DNA from: an uncultured Eubacteriaceae bacterium
Lineage (GTDB): Bacteria > Bacillota > Clostridia > Eubacteriales > Eubacteriaceae
Direction: 5' to 3'
Assembly (NCBI GenBank): GCA_947630385.1
Contig: CANRHG010000001.1
Span: 1-35,027 of the forward strand
Length of the DNA: 35,027 nt
The first letter of the stretch is position 1. Each line of letters opens with the position of its first letter. The translations under genes were made by a program, and so were the position numbers. Below are positions 8,607 to 17,294 of this stretch, one piece after another. The notes under the pieces were generated by a model. The model saw only the letters and a list, made by a program, of their open reading frames with translations. It did not search any database and was not told where the DNA came from.

Positions 8607-8800
8607 CAGCCACGGTATACTGTTGTTCCGCTTATTGAATCGCCTTTTAATTTAAGTTTGCCTTCAAGAAAATCCTCAAAACTGAACAGTGCAGCAGGGA
8701 ATTTTTCTTTCACGGCATTGTATTCTTCCTCGAAGGAGTAATCGATTTTGTTGGGATTAAAATAGTCACTGCAAAATATAAAATTAATTTTCGAGTTCAT
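8607..8800 (-). pseudogene. 5' fragment (~64 codons) of a gene truncated by the IS, possibly an ATP-grasp (R2K/DUF4343-like) protein
   Basis: The ORF MNSKINFIFCSDYFNPNKIDYSFEEEYNAVKE...TVYRG runs straight into the IS end at 8606. The last 5 codons and the stop of the track ORF (8591-8606) are IS repeat sequence. The native sequence ends ...TAC CGT GGC TG|, consistent with a YRGW motif that I recall from that ATP-grasp family. There is no continuation on the far side of the IS. Confidence 0.55.
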
Positions 8801-9051
8801 TGAAATTTTCCGATTATATTAATTTTATTATAAGATGGGCATTTGTTACTATTGAATTTATTTTTGTTCTTGAGTTGATACTAGAATAAAAAATGAAAAT
8901 CGTAATTGAAAGAAAATAAAAACAGCCCCTCGCAAAACAGGTTTCGGTGAACCAAAAAAAGGGTCATTTCTTAGAAAGGGCTTTGTTGTTGGATTTGTTA
9001 ACCAAAAAATCCTTTACTTGATCAAAAATCCGGAACCTTTTTATCTCGAGC

Positions 9052-9080
9052 TTGTATTTCTTTCAAGTCGGTGGTAAAAT
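9052..9080 (+). promoter_or_regulatory. Candidate sigma-A promoter of rpmB
   Basis: TTGTAT (9052-9057), a 17-nt spacer ending in TGg, then TAAAAT (9075-9080), which is an extended -10. It lies 31 nt upstream of the rpmB ATG with AGGAGG at 9101-9106. Confidence 0.5.
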
Positions 9081-9111
9081 ATTTGAGTTGATTTTAAAAA
9101 AGGAGGGAAAT

Positions 9112-9300
9112 ATGCCGAGAGAATGTTACGTTTGTAAAAAATCTGTCAAGTCAGGAAATAATGTTTCCCACTCGCATAAGAAAACCAAAAGAGTTTGGAA
9201 GCCAAATTTACAAAAAGTTAGAATAAAAGAAAACGGAACAGTAAAACGCGTTAATGTTTGTACCCGTTGCCTTCGTTCCGGTAAAGTCGAAAGAGCTTAA
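9112..9300 (+). CDS. rpmB: 50S ribosomal protein L28
   Basis: 62 aa, MPRECYVCKKSVKSGNNVSHSHKKTKRVWKPNLQKVRI...; a typical L28 sequence and length. AGGAGG lies 5 nt upstream of the ATG at 9112; the longer track ORF start is upstream of the SD. Confidence 0.95.
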   Translation: MPRECYVCKKSVKSGNNVSHSHKKTKRVWKPNLQKVRIKENGTVKRVNVCTRCLRSGKVERA

Positions 9301-9330
9301 GATCCCGATCACTTATCGGGATCTTTTATT
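9300..9330 (+). terminator. Rho-independent terminator of rpmB
   Basis: Perfect 10-bp stem AGATCCCGAT (9300-9309) / ATCGGGATCT (9315-9324) with a 5-nt loop, followed by TTTTATT. It overlaps the last codons of the convergent thiN. Confidence 0.75.
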
Positions 9331-9989
9331 ATGTCTAAAAGTACGGTTCCACTTTCAATCTTAATTTTCTGCTTATTTTTTACGGCTACGTTACTAACGC
9401 AGCGGTCCGCGTCGATTCTTTTTAAATCAAACTTTTCGAGCGGATAGAAAAATCCTTCCAGAGAAATTCCTCTTAATTCTTCGTTTAATGCTAATAAAGA
9501 ACAAGTCGTACCCTTTTTCAGGTGAAGATCAAGTTCGACCGGAGCAAAATAAACTTTTGCCTTATTGTGTTCGTTTAAAAGACTAATGTCCATTTTCTTA
9601 GAAAATCTCTCAAGTAAAGAAATATTGGCCAGACTATGGTCAATCCGGTTTCCCCACACCCCCGTCATAATAACTTTTTTGCACCCACTTTTTTGTAAGT
9701 ACTCTAAAGCCGAACGGGTGTCGGTAAAATCTTTTATCTCGGGAAAAGTCTTTCTTTTTATCTTTTTGAACTTTTTTAAAACTTTCTTATCGACCGAATC
9801 GAGATCTCCAATAATTAAGTCGGGTTTTTTCTTTAACTTATAAAAAAGATTTAAACCTCCGTCAACGGCAATAAGCGTATAGTTTTTATGTTTATCTATA
9901 AGCTTTTCGTAGAAATTTAAATCTTCGTACGTAGCGTTGGCAAAAATGATCGCTTTTTTAATAGGGCTTTCTCTCCTTAAGAAACTCAT
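9309..9989 (-). CDS. thiN: Thiamine pyrophosphokinase
   Basis: 226 aa with AVDGG, PDLIIGDLDS, KDFTD and GNRIDH motifs typical of TPK. It occupies the position of B. subtilis yloS/thiN after rsgA. Confidence 0.88.
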   Translation of the reverse strand: MSFLRRESPIKKAIIFANATYEDLNFYEKLIDKHKNYTLIAVDGGLNLFYKLKKKPDLIIGDLDSVDKKVLKKFKKIKRKTFPEIKDFTDTRSALEYLQKSGCKKVIMTGVWGNRIDHSLANISLLERFSKKMDISLLNEHNKAKVYFAPVELDLHLKKGTTCSLLALNEELRGISLEGFFYPLEKFDLKRIDADRCVSNVAVKNKQKIKIESGTVLLDIIKDPDK

Positions 9990-10836
9990 AAAGTTTCTTA
10001 TAACTCAAATAACGGCTTTTACTTATTTGGCCTTTTTTGACTCCATCTTTAACCGCACAACCGGGTTCTTTATAATGGTTACAGTTATTAAAACGGCATT
10101 TAAAGTCTTCAAATTCCGGAAAAAAGTACTTCAAGTCTTCCGCTTCAAGTGTATCTTCCAGCTCGATAGACGAAAATCCGGGCGTATCTAATAAAAAACT
10201 CCCAATCTTAGTCTTTAACAGTTCGACGTGGCGGGTCGTATGTTTGCCACGTTTTAGTTTTATACTGATGTCTCCGGTCTGCATTTGATTTTCACAGAAA
10301 CGGTTGGCTAGTGTGGATTTTCCAACCCCAGACTGTCCGGCCAAAAAAGCCACTTGACCTTTTAATAAATCGTAAAGTTTTTCGATATCGTCTTTTACGA
10401 CGGTCGAGAGTTTTAATACTCCAAACCCGGCTTTTTTATAAATTTCTGCAATTTCCTCAGCTTTTTCAGGATCGAGGTCGATCTTTGTTAGACAGATGAC
10501 CGGTTTTATAGAATTGTTAAAACTATTGACCGTGAGTTTATCTAAAAGCTCTAAATCCGGTTTGGGCTGATCCACTGAAATACAAAGTAGGGCCAGGTCT
10601 ACGTTACTAACGGGTGGCCGTATCAACTTATTAGTCCGCTTTAAAATCTTGGTTATGACCCACTGTCCTTTTTGCTCTTGTATTTCTACAAGATCTCCCA
10701 CGAAAGGCCGGTTTTTTTCATACCGGAATTTACCCAACGCTTTGCATTCGTAAGGTTGGTCTAAAAAAAGGGAATCGGTCGGTTCCACGTAATAGAAACC
10801 GCCGATTCCTTTGATTATTCTGCCCTTGATCGTCAT
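9958..10836 (-). CDS. rsgA: Ribosome small-subunit-dependent GTPase A (RsgA/YloQ/CpgA)
   Basis: N-terminal OB fold, circularly permuted GTPase (LTKIDL ... GQSGVGKSTL ... DTPGF), and a C-terminal zinc motif CRFNNCNHYKEPGCAV. Confidence 0.94.
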   Translation of the reverse strand: MTIKGRIIKGIGGFYYVEPTDSLFLDQPYECKALGKFRYEKNRPFVGDLVEIQEQKGQWVITKILKRTNKLIRPPVSNVDLALLCISVDQPKPDLELLDKLTVNSFNNSIKPVICLTKIDLDPEKAEEIAEIYKKAGFGVLKLSTVVKDDIEKLYDLLKGQVAFLAGQSGVGKSTLANRFCENQMQTGDISIKLKRGKHTTRHVELLKTKIGSFLLDTPGFSSIELEDTLEAEDLKYFFPEFEDFKCRFNNCNHYKEPGCAVKDGVKKGQISKSRYLSYKKLYEFLKERKPY

Positions 10837-12651
10837 TTATTCTTCCATTGCCGTACTTCTCGTTGTTCCGGAACCTGAATTGCTTGAACTTAAATTCCCG
10901 GAATTACTTGAATTATTTGAACTATTATTATTTCCTTGATTATCTTGATCGGTCGAATCGTCCTGGTTTTCACCGGAAGGTTGATTTAATCCCGAAGAAC
11001 TCGGAGGTCCGGTACTAACCACAAAACTGATGTAGGTTCCGCGTTCCACTCTGGTCCCTTCTGCCGGCGATTGCGATACGACGACCCCCGCAGCATAAGA
11101 CGTGCTCGTCTGTTGGGTAACCGTTCCGACGTTAAGTCCGTTACTCGTCAGACGGTTTTCCGCATCGGATTGGGTCAGTCCAACGATTCCTGGTACGGTA
11201 ATGTTGTCTACCCCCATTGAAACGTAAAGCGTGACCGTTTGGCCCTGATATAGTTTAGTTCCGGGCTCCGGATTCATGTTAAAGACGCTTCCGTTTTCGT
11301 AGTTACTGTTGTATTCCCTCTCAACGTCTACGTTAAAGCCGCTTTCGCTTAGTTGTGAACTCGCCGCCTCTTCGGATTTTCCGATGACGTTTGGAACCAA
11401 AATCGATTCTAGACCTTGTGAAACGGTTAAAGCTATTTCGCTTCCTTCGCGAACGTTGGTCCCACTAGCAGGATTTTGAGAGATCACGTTTCCTGAAGCA
11501 ACGCTTGAGTGATACGTTTCTTTTTCAACGACCGCCTTTAGTCCCACGTTTTCTATGGACTGGATGGCCTCTTGAAGCGGCATGTTCGTGACGTTCGGAA
11601 CGACCACTTGACGGTTCATGACGCTATTGGCCGTAAACAATCCGGCCGCTAAAAGTAAGATCAAAAAAACTACCGCAAAAATGATCCAACCTCTGTAATC
11701 TTTGGTTGGTTTTGCAACGACGTCCGTCTGCAGATTACTGATTGGTCCCGAGTCGTCTTCGATCGTAAAGAGATCCCCACCGAACGAGTCTAAAGGAGCC
11801 GTCTGGACCGTACTATTCGGAAGATCAACGTCAAAATCGTCCAAAAGCAGATCGAGGTCATCGATCAACTCCTGCATGTTTTGATAACGGTCTTCCGGCT
11901 TTTTTTGCGTCAGCTTAATTACGACCTCATTGACGGAGTCCGGAATATTGTAATTAAGTTCTTTAGGCGGGACAATAGGTTCCTGAATGTGTTTGATCGC
12001 AATAGAAACCGAACTCTCGGCGTCAAACGGTAATTGACCCGTCAAGAGTTCGTAGTACATAATCCCTAGCGAATATAAGTCGGAACACTCATCGACAAAT
12101 CCCCCTCTTGCTTGTTCGGGCGAGATATAATGGACCGAACCCATCGTTTGATTCGTGACCGTCACGGTCGACGACGTAATGGCTCGGGCGATCCCGAAGT
12201 CCGCAACTTTTGGGGTAAGCTCTTTGGTTAAAAGGATGTTATGCGGTTTAATGTCCCGATGTATGATTTTATGTTCGTGAGCGCACTTTAAAGCACCGGC
12301 AATCTCTAAGATAAACTGCGTGGCTTCGTAATAATCTAAAGATCCTTTTTTATTCAAATATTGTTTTAGTGTGATCCCGTCGACGTATTCCATGACGATG
12401 TAGTAGATGTTATCTTCAACCCCTACGTCGTACACCGAAACAATATTTGGGTGAGTTAAGCCAGCAGCTGCCTGCGATTCGCGGTCAAACTTTTTAATAA
12501 ATTGTTCGTTTTCGGTATATTCTTCTCTTAAGACTTTTACGGCAACTTCTCGATTGAGTTTTAGGTCAACGGCTTTGTAAACGTAAGCCATGCCGCCTTT
12601 GCCGATAAGTCCCTTGATTTTATACCGTCCATTTAAAACTTTATCAATCAC
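10837..12651 (-). CDS. prkC: Ser/Thr protein kinase with PASTA repeats (PrkC/PknB type)
   Basis: Hanks kinase motifs are present (GKGGMAYVYKA, AVK, HRDIKPHN, DFGIA, SPEQ), followed by one TM helix, three PASTA-like repeats and an S/N/G-rich tail. The start is GTG at 12651, preceded by GAGGAGG. Confidence 0.94.
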   Translation of the reverse strand: MIDKVLNGRYKIKGLIGKGGMAYVYKAVDLKLNREVAVKVLREEYTENEQFIKKFDRESQAAAGLTHPNIVSVYDVGVEDNIYYIVMEYVDGITLKQYLNKKGSLDYYEATQFILEIAGALKCAHEHKIIHRDIKPHNILLTKELTPKVADFGIARAITSSTVTVTNQTMGSVHYISPEQARGGFVDECSDLYSLGIMYYELLTGQLPFDAESSVSIAIKHIQEPIVPPKELNYNIPDSVNEVVIKLTQKKPEDRYQNMQELIDDLDLLLDDFDVDLPNSTVQTAPLDSFGGDLFTIEDDSGPISNLQTDVVAKPTKDYRGWIIFAVVFLILLLAAGLFTANSVMNRQVVVPNVTNMPLQEAIQSIENVGLKAVVEKETYHSSVASGNVISQNPASGTNVREGSEIALTVSQGLESILVPNVIGKSEEAASSQLSESGFNVDVEREYNSNYENGSVFNMNPEPGTKLYQGQTVTLYVSMGVDNITVPGIVGLTQSDAENRLTSNGLNVGTVTQQTSTSYAAGVVVSQSPAEGTRVERGTYISFVVSTGPPSSSGLNQPSGENQDDSTDQDNQGNNNSSNNSSNSGNLSSSNSGSGTTRSTAMEE

Positions 12652-13384
12652 TGCCGGCCTCCTCGTTAGAGAAAACCAAAACCGTTATGTTATCGGTTCC
12701 TCCGTTTTTATTGGCTAAATTAATAAGTTTTTTTACGGCTTGTTTTGGAGAGTTTTTTCGTATAATCGTAAAGATCTCTTCTTCACTGACCATATTATAC
12801 AGTCCGTCTGAACAAACCAAAAAAGTATCGTCTGCCGAGATCGTGTAGTTGAAAAGATCTATATTTACTTTCGAATCCGTTCCAAGCGCTTTTGTAATTA
12901 CATTTTTTTGAGGATGAAGCCGCGCTTCTTCCTCGCTAATGCGGCCTTCGTCAACCAACATTTGTACCAGGGAGTGATCTTTTGTTAATTGTTTAATTCC
13001 GTCGTCGTTGATCCTATAGGCCCGACTGTCTCCGATTTGTGAAATACTGAGATTTTGATTATCTAAAATACAAAGTGTAAGCGTCGTCGCCATTCCGCTA
13101 AGATTCGGATTGTGTACACTCTTTTTGATAATATCTGAATTTACTCTATTAATGAAACGATCCATTTCATGAAAATCGAAGTAATTGTCAACGTCTCTTA
13201 AATTGTTTGCGATGTAATCAATAGCCGCTTGGCTTGCAACCTCTCCGGATCGATGCCCTCCAAGACCGTCGGCCGCTGCAAAGATATAATACAGTTTCCC
13301 ATTTTGATTAATGGTTGCGGCTAACAGAGCATCCTGATTGATCTTTCTTTTTGCGCCCGCATTAGTAGAGTAAGCACAATTCAT
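12644..13384 (-). CDS. prpC: PP2C-family Ser/Thr phosphatase (PrpC/Stp)
   Basis: 246 aa with NQDA, ADGLGGH, GDSRAY, DGL and GGTDNITV motifs. It overlaps the prkC start by 8 nt. Confidence 0.93.
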   Translation of the reverse strand: MNCAYSTNAGAKRKINQDALLAATINQNGKLYYIFAAADGLGGHRSGEVASQAAIDYIANNLRDVDNYFDFHEMDRFINRVNSDIIKKSVHNPNLSGMATTLTLCILDNQNLSISQIGDSRAYRINDDGIKQLTKDHSLVQMLVDEGRISEEEARLHPQKNVITKALGTDSKVNIDLFNYTISADDTFLVCSDGLYNMVSEEEIFTIIRKNSPKQAVKKLINLANKNGGTDNITVLVFSNEEAGSD

Positions 13385-13515
13385 TTTAAATATTTCTAGA
13401 TACAGTGCGACAATTTCGAATCCTTATTTGATCCTCGATGTAAGAACTCAGGTTCTTCCGGTTAAAAGTGTTTTTAATCGAGTAACGGATTTTCAATCTT
13501 TTCTAATTATTTGTT

Positions 13516-14559
13516 CTAAGTCGATGGCGATTGAAGTTTTCGATTTCGTAGTTGTCCACAAGCAGCTTCGATGTTCGCACCGTTTTTCTTTCTAATTGTA
13601 CTTGTTAAGCCCTCCTTTTTCAAACGTTCCTGAAAGATGTTTACATTTTTTTTACTAGATTCACGTTTTAAATTTGATACGGGATTGAGCGGGATCAAAT
13701 TTAAGTGATGGACCTTACCTTTAAAGAGTTTTTTCAGTTCACTTACGTCCGCCTCGGTATCGTTGACGCCTTCGATGACGGTGTATTCGTAAGTCACCCT
13801 TCGACCCGTTTGATCAAAATAATCTTCGCCGGCTTTGATCAATTCATTTAAAGGATTGGTCTTTGCAACTTTCATGAGTTTTTCGCGTTTATCCTGAAAA
13901 GCCGAGTGGAGCGAAATGGCTAAGTTGATCTGTAGATCCTCCTTAGCGAGATCGTAAATTTTTGGGACGATCCCGCTCGTCGAAAGGGTGATGTGGCGCT
14001 GCCCGATACCCAGGACCTCGTTTGTAAAGCGGATGAAATTTAAAACGTTTTCATAGTTGTCGAGCGGTTCCCCCATCCCCATTAAAACAATGTTAGAAAT
14101 TCGCTCTCCGCTCTCATTTTCCATCGCGACGATCTGTCCGGCAATTTCTTCGCTGCTCAGGTCGCGGACCTTCCCGTTTTTTCCCGAAGCACAAAAACTA
14201 CAACCCATGGCGCAGCCGACCTGCGTCGAAAGACAAGCCGAGTTTCCGTAATCGTACTTCATAAGGACCGATTCAACGAGCTCTCCGTCTTCGAGCTCGA
14301 GCAAATACTTTTTGGTCCCGTCTTCCTCATCTTCCAAAACCTCAACGATTTTAGGATGGACGATCGTATAGTTTTCGTTCAGTTTTTCAAGAAGCTCTTT
14401 CGGTAAGTTTTTTGCGTCACGGACCGCTTTTATACGGTTATCGTAAAGCCAGTTGAACAGCTGCTTGGCCCGAAAAGGCTTTTCGCCAAGGGAGAGCACG
14501 ATCTGTTCCAAATCTTTAAGGGACTTCCCAAAGAGATTATCTTTTTTTGATTTTGGCAT
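13516..14559 (-). CDS. rlmN: 23S rRNA (adenine2503-C2)/tRNA methyltransferase RlmN (radical SAM)
   Basis: FRAKQLFNWLY N-terminus, radical-SAM cluster motif CAMGCSFCASG, MGMGEPLDN, and the conserved C-terminal Cys in ACGQL. Confidence 0.95.
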   Translation of the reverse strand: MPKSKKDNLFGKSLKDLEQIVLSLGEKPFRAKQLFNWLYDNRIKAVRDAKNLPKELLEKLNENYTIVHPKIVEVLEDEEDGTKKYLLELEDGELVESVLMKYDYGNSACLSTQVGCAMGCSFCASGKNGKVRDLSSEEIAGQIVAMENESGERISNIVLMGMGEPLDNYENVLNFIRFTNEVLGIGQRHITLSTSGIVPKIYDLAKEDLQINLAISLHSAFQDKREKLMKVAKTNPLNELIKAGEDYFDQTGRRVTYEYTVIEGVNDTEADVSELKKLFKGKVHHLNLIPLNPVSNLKRESSKKNVNIFQERLKKEGLTSTIRKKNGANIEAACGQLRNRKLQSPST

Positions 14560-15820
14560 GATAAAAACTGTCCCCTCCCAAAAAGATACTCTTCGAATGG
14601 TCGTCTTCGATCAATTCCGCTTCCGGTTCGGCTTCGAGGAGCGAATTTACGACGTCTTCATTTTCCGCCTCTCCGACGGTACAGGTACTGTAGACGAGCT
14701 CTCCTCCGGGCTTAAGATAGCGGTAAGCGTTCGCCAAGATCTTTTTTTGAAGCGGGACCAAAACTTCGATTCTTCCTTCGTCTTCAAAGCGGATTTCAGG
14801 CCTTCTACGAATGACCCCCAGTCCGGAACACGGTACGTCGACCAAGACCTTATCAAAGGCTTCTTCCCATTTGGGTTCAAACTTCGTCGCGTCCTTAGGG
14901 ACAAACCGTATGTTTTTAAGCCCCAGCCGTCCCGCGTTTCCGCGCACGAGATCCAACCGGTTTGTGGAGATATCGCTCGAGGTGATCTCGGCCTCTCCCT
15001 GAGCGAGCTGCGCCAAGTGGATCGTCTTTCCTCCCGGAGCCGAGCACAGATCTAAAATCTTTTCACCTTTTTTCGGTTCCAGTAGTTTTGAAATTTCGAT
15101 AGCGCCCTGGTCCTGAACCGTAAGTTTTCCGTCTTTAAAAAGTTTTAGGTCGCGGATATTTCTTAAGTTTGACGAATTAGTAAGTATGATGGCTTCTTTT
15201 TCAATTCCGGGAAGCTTAGAATACTCAGGGCCTAAGTTTAAAGCTTCAAGTTCCTCAAATACAGCTTCGCTGTCATCCTCCGCGACCCTCACCGTAAGCG
15301 CCGGAGCTTTATTGATTTGATTTAAGATCTTAACGAAAGAGTCCGGATAGGATTCCTTAAACTTTTTAACGATCCAACTGGGTATGGAATAGCGGACCGC
15401 TAAATTCTTCGACTCGTTGATTTGCGTTTTTATCTTTTTTTCGTGACGGATGATGTTTCGTAAGACCCCGTTGGCAAAGCCGCCCCGGTTCTTGTCGACG
15501 CGTTTGACCTGCTTTACCGCCTCATCGACGATCGCGTGTTCAGGGATTTTATCTAAGAAGAACAGCTGGTAAACGGCCAGTCTCAAAGCCCACTTGATAC
15601 GTTTGTCGAGTTTGTCATAACCGTGTTTGACAAAAGCCTTTAAAATCGAGTCGATCGTGATCTTTCGTTGCAGGCTTCCGTAAACGAGATTGACCAGCAG
15701 GTTCTTATCCTTTTGATTTAAAACTTCTTCGTTTAAGAGTCTTTTTATCTCTAAATTAGAAAACGCTTGTTCCCGGTCGATGTAAACAAGCGTTTTCAGT
15801 GCAAGGTCTCGTATATTCAT
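14537..15820 (-). CDS. rsmB: 16S rRNA (cytosine967-C5)-methyltransferase RsmB (Sun)
   Basis: N-terminal NusB-like domain, DLCSAPGGKT SAM site, and the catalytic DVPCSGLG and TCT(V) motifs. Follows fmt as in most bacteria. Confidence 0.93.
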   Translation of the reverse strand: MNIRDLALKTLVYIDREQAFSNLEIKRLLNEEVLNQKDKNLLVNLVYGSLQRKITIDSILKAFVKHGYDKLDKRIKWALRLAVYQLFFLDKIPEHAIVDEAVKQVKRVDKNRGGFANGVLRNIIRHEKKIKTQINESKNLAVRYSIPSWIVKKFKESYPDSFVKILNQINKAPALTVRVAEDDSEAVFEELEALNLGPEYSKLPGIEKEAIILTNSSNLRNIRDLKLFKDGKLTVQDQGAIEISKLLEPKKGEKILDLCSAPGGKTIHLAQLAQGEAEITSSDISTNRLDLVRGNAGRLGLKNIRFVPKDATKFEPKWEEAFDKVLVDVPCSGLGVIRRRPEIRFEDEGRIEVLVPLQKKILANAYRYLKPGGELVYSTCTVGEAENEDVVNSLLEAEPEAELIEDDHSKSIFLGGDSFYHAKIKKR

Positions 15821-16749
15821 AATTTGGTTGCGTTAAGCGTATTTCCTTTAAAGAAATCGTCCACTTTCATTCTTTTTTTGCCCGGAAACTGGATTTCATT
15901 GATTTTAACGGCCCCGTCCTCCGTAGCGACGATGAGTCCCTGTTTTAAATCTTTGGACAAAACGGTTCCGGGCTCCGGACCGGCTTTCGTATTATAAATC
16001 TCAGGGCTAAAAAACTTAACCTTTTGGCCACCGATATTTACGTAAGCTCCCGGAAAAGAATCAAAGGCGTTGATCTGTCTTACGACCTTTTTTGATGGGG
16101 CCTTAAAGTCGATCTTTGCGTCTTCCTTTTGAATCTTTGCCGTATACGAAGCATCCCCGTCGTTTTGTTTTTCGGATTTTAAAATAACGTCGTCGTAATT
16201 ATCCAAAACACTAAGTAGGAGATCAGCCCCTTCTACAGCGAGTCTGTCGTGGAGTTTTTCGGCCGTAGTCGATTCATCTATAGGGATGATAAAAGAGCTT
16301 ATAATATCTCCCGTATCCATCCCTTCATCGACTTTCATGATCGTAACGCCGCTTTTATCGTCTCCGTTTAAGATGGCCGTTTGAATGGGCGACGGACCGC
16401 GATAAGCGGGCAGAAGCGAAGCGTGGATATTTAAGTTGTCCTTTTTTGCGATTTCAAGAACTTCCGGCCTTAAAATCTGTCCGTAAGAACAGACGATTAA
16501 AAAGTCCGGTTGTAGGTCCCTGATCTTTTCAAGACTTTTCTTATCCGAAACGTCCTGTGGCTGGTAAACCTCTAGGCCGAGCTCCAAAGCCTTTTTCTTA
16601 ACCGGTAAAAAGCGTACTTTATTGCCCCGCCCACTCTTTTTATCGGGTTGGGTGATGACAAGTTCTACGTCGGCGGACTCGTTTAAGCGCTCAAGAGCCG
16701 GGACCGCAAAATCAGACGAACCGAGAAAGACCACCTTAGCTTTCGTCAT
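15817..16749 (-). CDS. fmt: Methionyl-tRNA formyltransferase
   Basis: MTKAKVVFLGSSDFAVPAL N-terminus and the HASLLPAYRGPSPIQ motif. The ATG at 16749 matches family N-termini; the track start at 16776 is TTG inside def. Confidence 0.93.
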   Translation of the reverse strand: MTKAKVVFLGSSDFAVPALERLNESADVELVITQPDKKSGRGNKVRFLPVKKKALELGLEVYQPQDVSDKKSLEKIRDLQPDFLIVCSYGQILRPEVLEIAKKDNLNIHASLLPAYRGPSPIQTAILNGDDKSGVTIMKVDEGMDTGDIISSFIIPIDESTTAEKLHDRLAVEGADLLLSVLDNYDDVILKSEKQNDGDASYTAKIQKEDAKIDFKAPSKKVVRQINAFDSFPGAYVNIGGQKVKFFSPEIYNTKAGPEPGTVLSKDLKQGLIVATEDGAVKINEIQFPGKKRMKVDDFFKGNTLNATKL

Positions 16750-17239
16750 TGTCGTATTTGTTAAGGGTGCCTTCAATTACTTTATCGATAAAGACGATGC
16801 CGTTTAAATGGTCGATTTCGTGGCAAAAACAACGGGCCACCATGTCGGTATATTCTTCAATGACTTCCTCGCCGTCGATGTTTTGATATTTTACCTTCAC
16901 GCGTTCCGGTCGGCTGACTTCACCGAATTGTTCCGGAAAACTCAAACAGGCCTCTCTTCGTGTGATTTCGCCTTCTTCTTCGATGATTTCCGGATTGACC
17001 GCGACGATCGGACCTTCCCCAAAAATGTCCTGGTATTCTTCTTCGTCTCCAAAGTCGACGATCGCGATTCGTTTTAAAATTCCAACCTGTGGTGCGGATA
17101 GACCGACACCGTCTTTGGTCTTTAACGTGTCGATCATATCTTCGATGAGTTCCTTTACACGGTCGTTGATGACCGGAACCGGTTTTGAGATTTTTCTTAA
17201 TATAGGATCGGTATCCGTACGGATCATTCTAATTGCCAT
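16736..17239 (-). CDS. def: Peptide deformylase
   Basis: Motifs GVGLSAPQVG, EACLSFP and HEIDHLNG. The ATG at 17239 is preceded by GAGGGAAA; the track start at 17281 is GTG. Confidence 0.95.
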   Translation of the reverse strand: MAIRMIRTDTDPILRKISKPVPVINDRVKELIEDMIDTLKTKDGVGLSAPQVGILKRIAIVDFGDEEEYQDIFGEGPIVAVNPEIIEEEGEITRREACLSFPEQFGEVSRPERVKVKYQNIDGEEVIEEYTDMVARCFCHEIDHLNGIVFIDKVIEGTLNKYDNDES

Positions 17240-17294
17240 ATTTCCCTCAATTTCTAAATAAGCTAATACAAATCTTATCACGAAACCGTCAAAC

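Noticed and set aside
10837-11010. Low-complexity tracts in core proteins: the S/N/G-rich C-terminal tail of PrkC, the K/R/Q-rich N-terminal linker of IF-2 (about 32300-32950), and the acidic tail of NusA. I considered them as possible tandem DNA repeats or insertions.
   Set aside because: These are in-frame, composition-biased linkers of kinds common in these protein families. I found no exact tandem nucleotide repeat unit.
13385-13515. The 131-bp gap between rlmN and prpC, with a small hairpin (AAGAAC-TCAG-GTTCTT, ~13449-13464). I considered it a terminator or internal promoter.
   Set aside because: The stem is only 6 bp with no U-tract on either strand. The candidate -35/-10 matches were poor, so there is not enough to call a feature.
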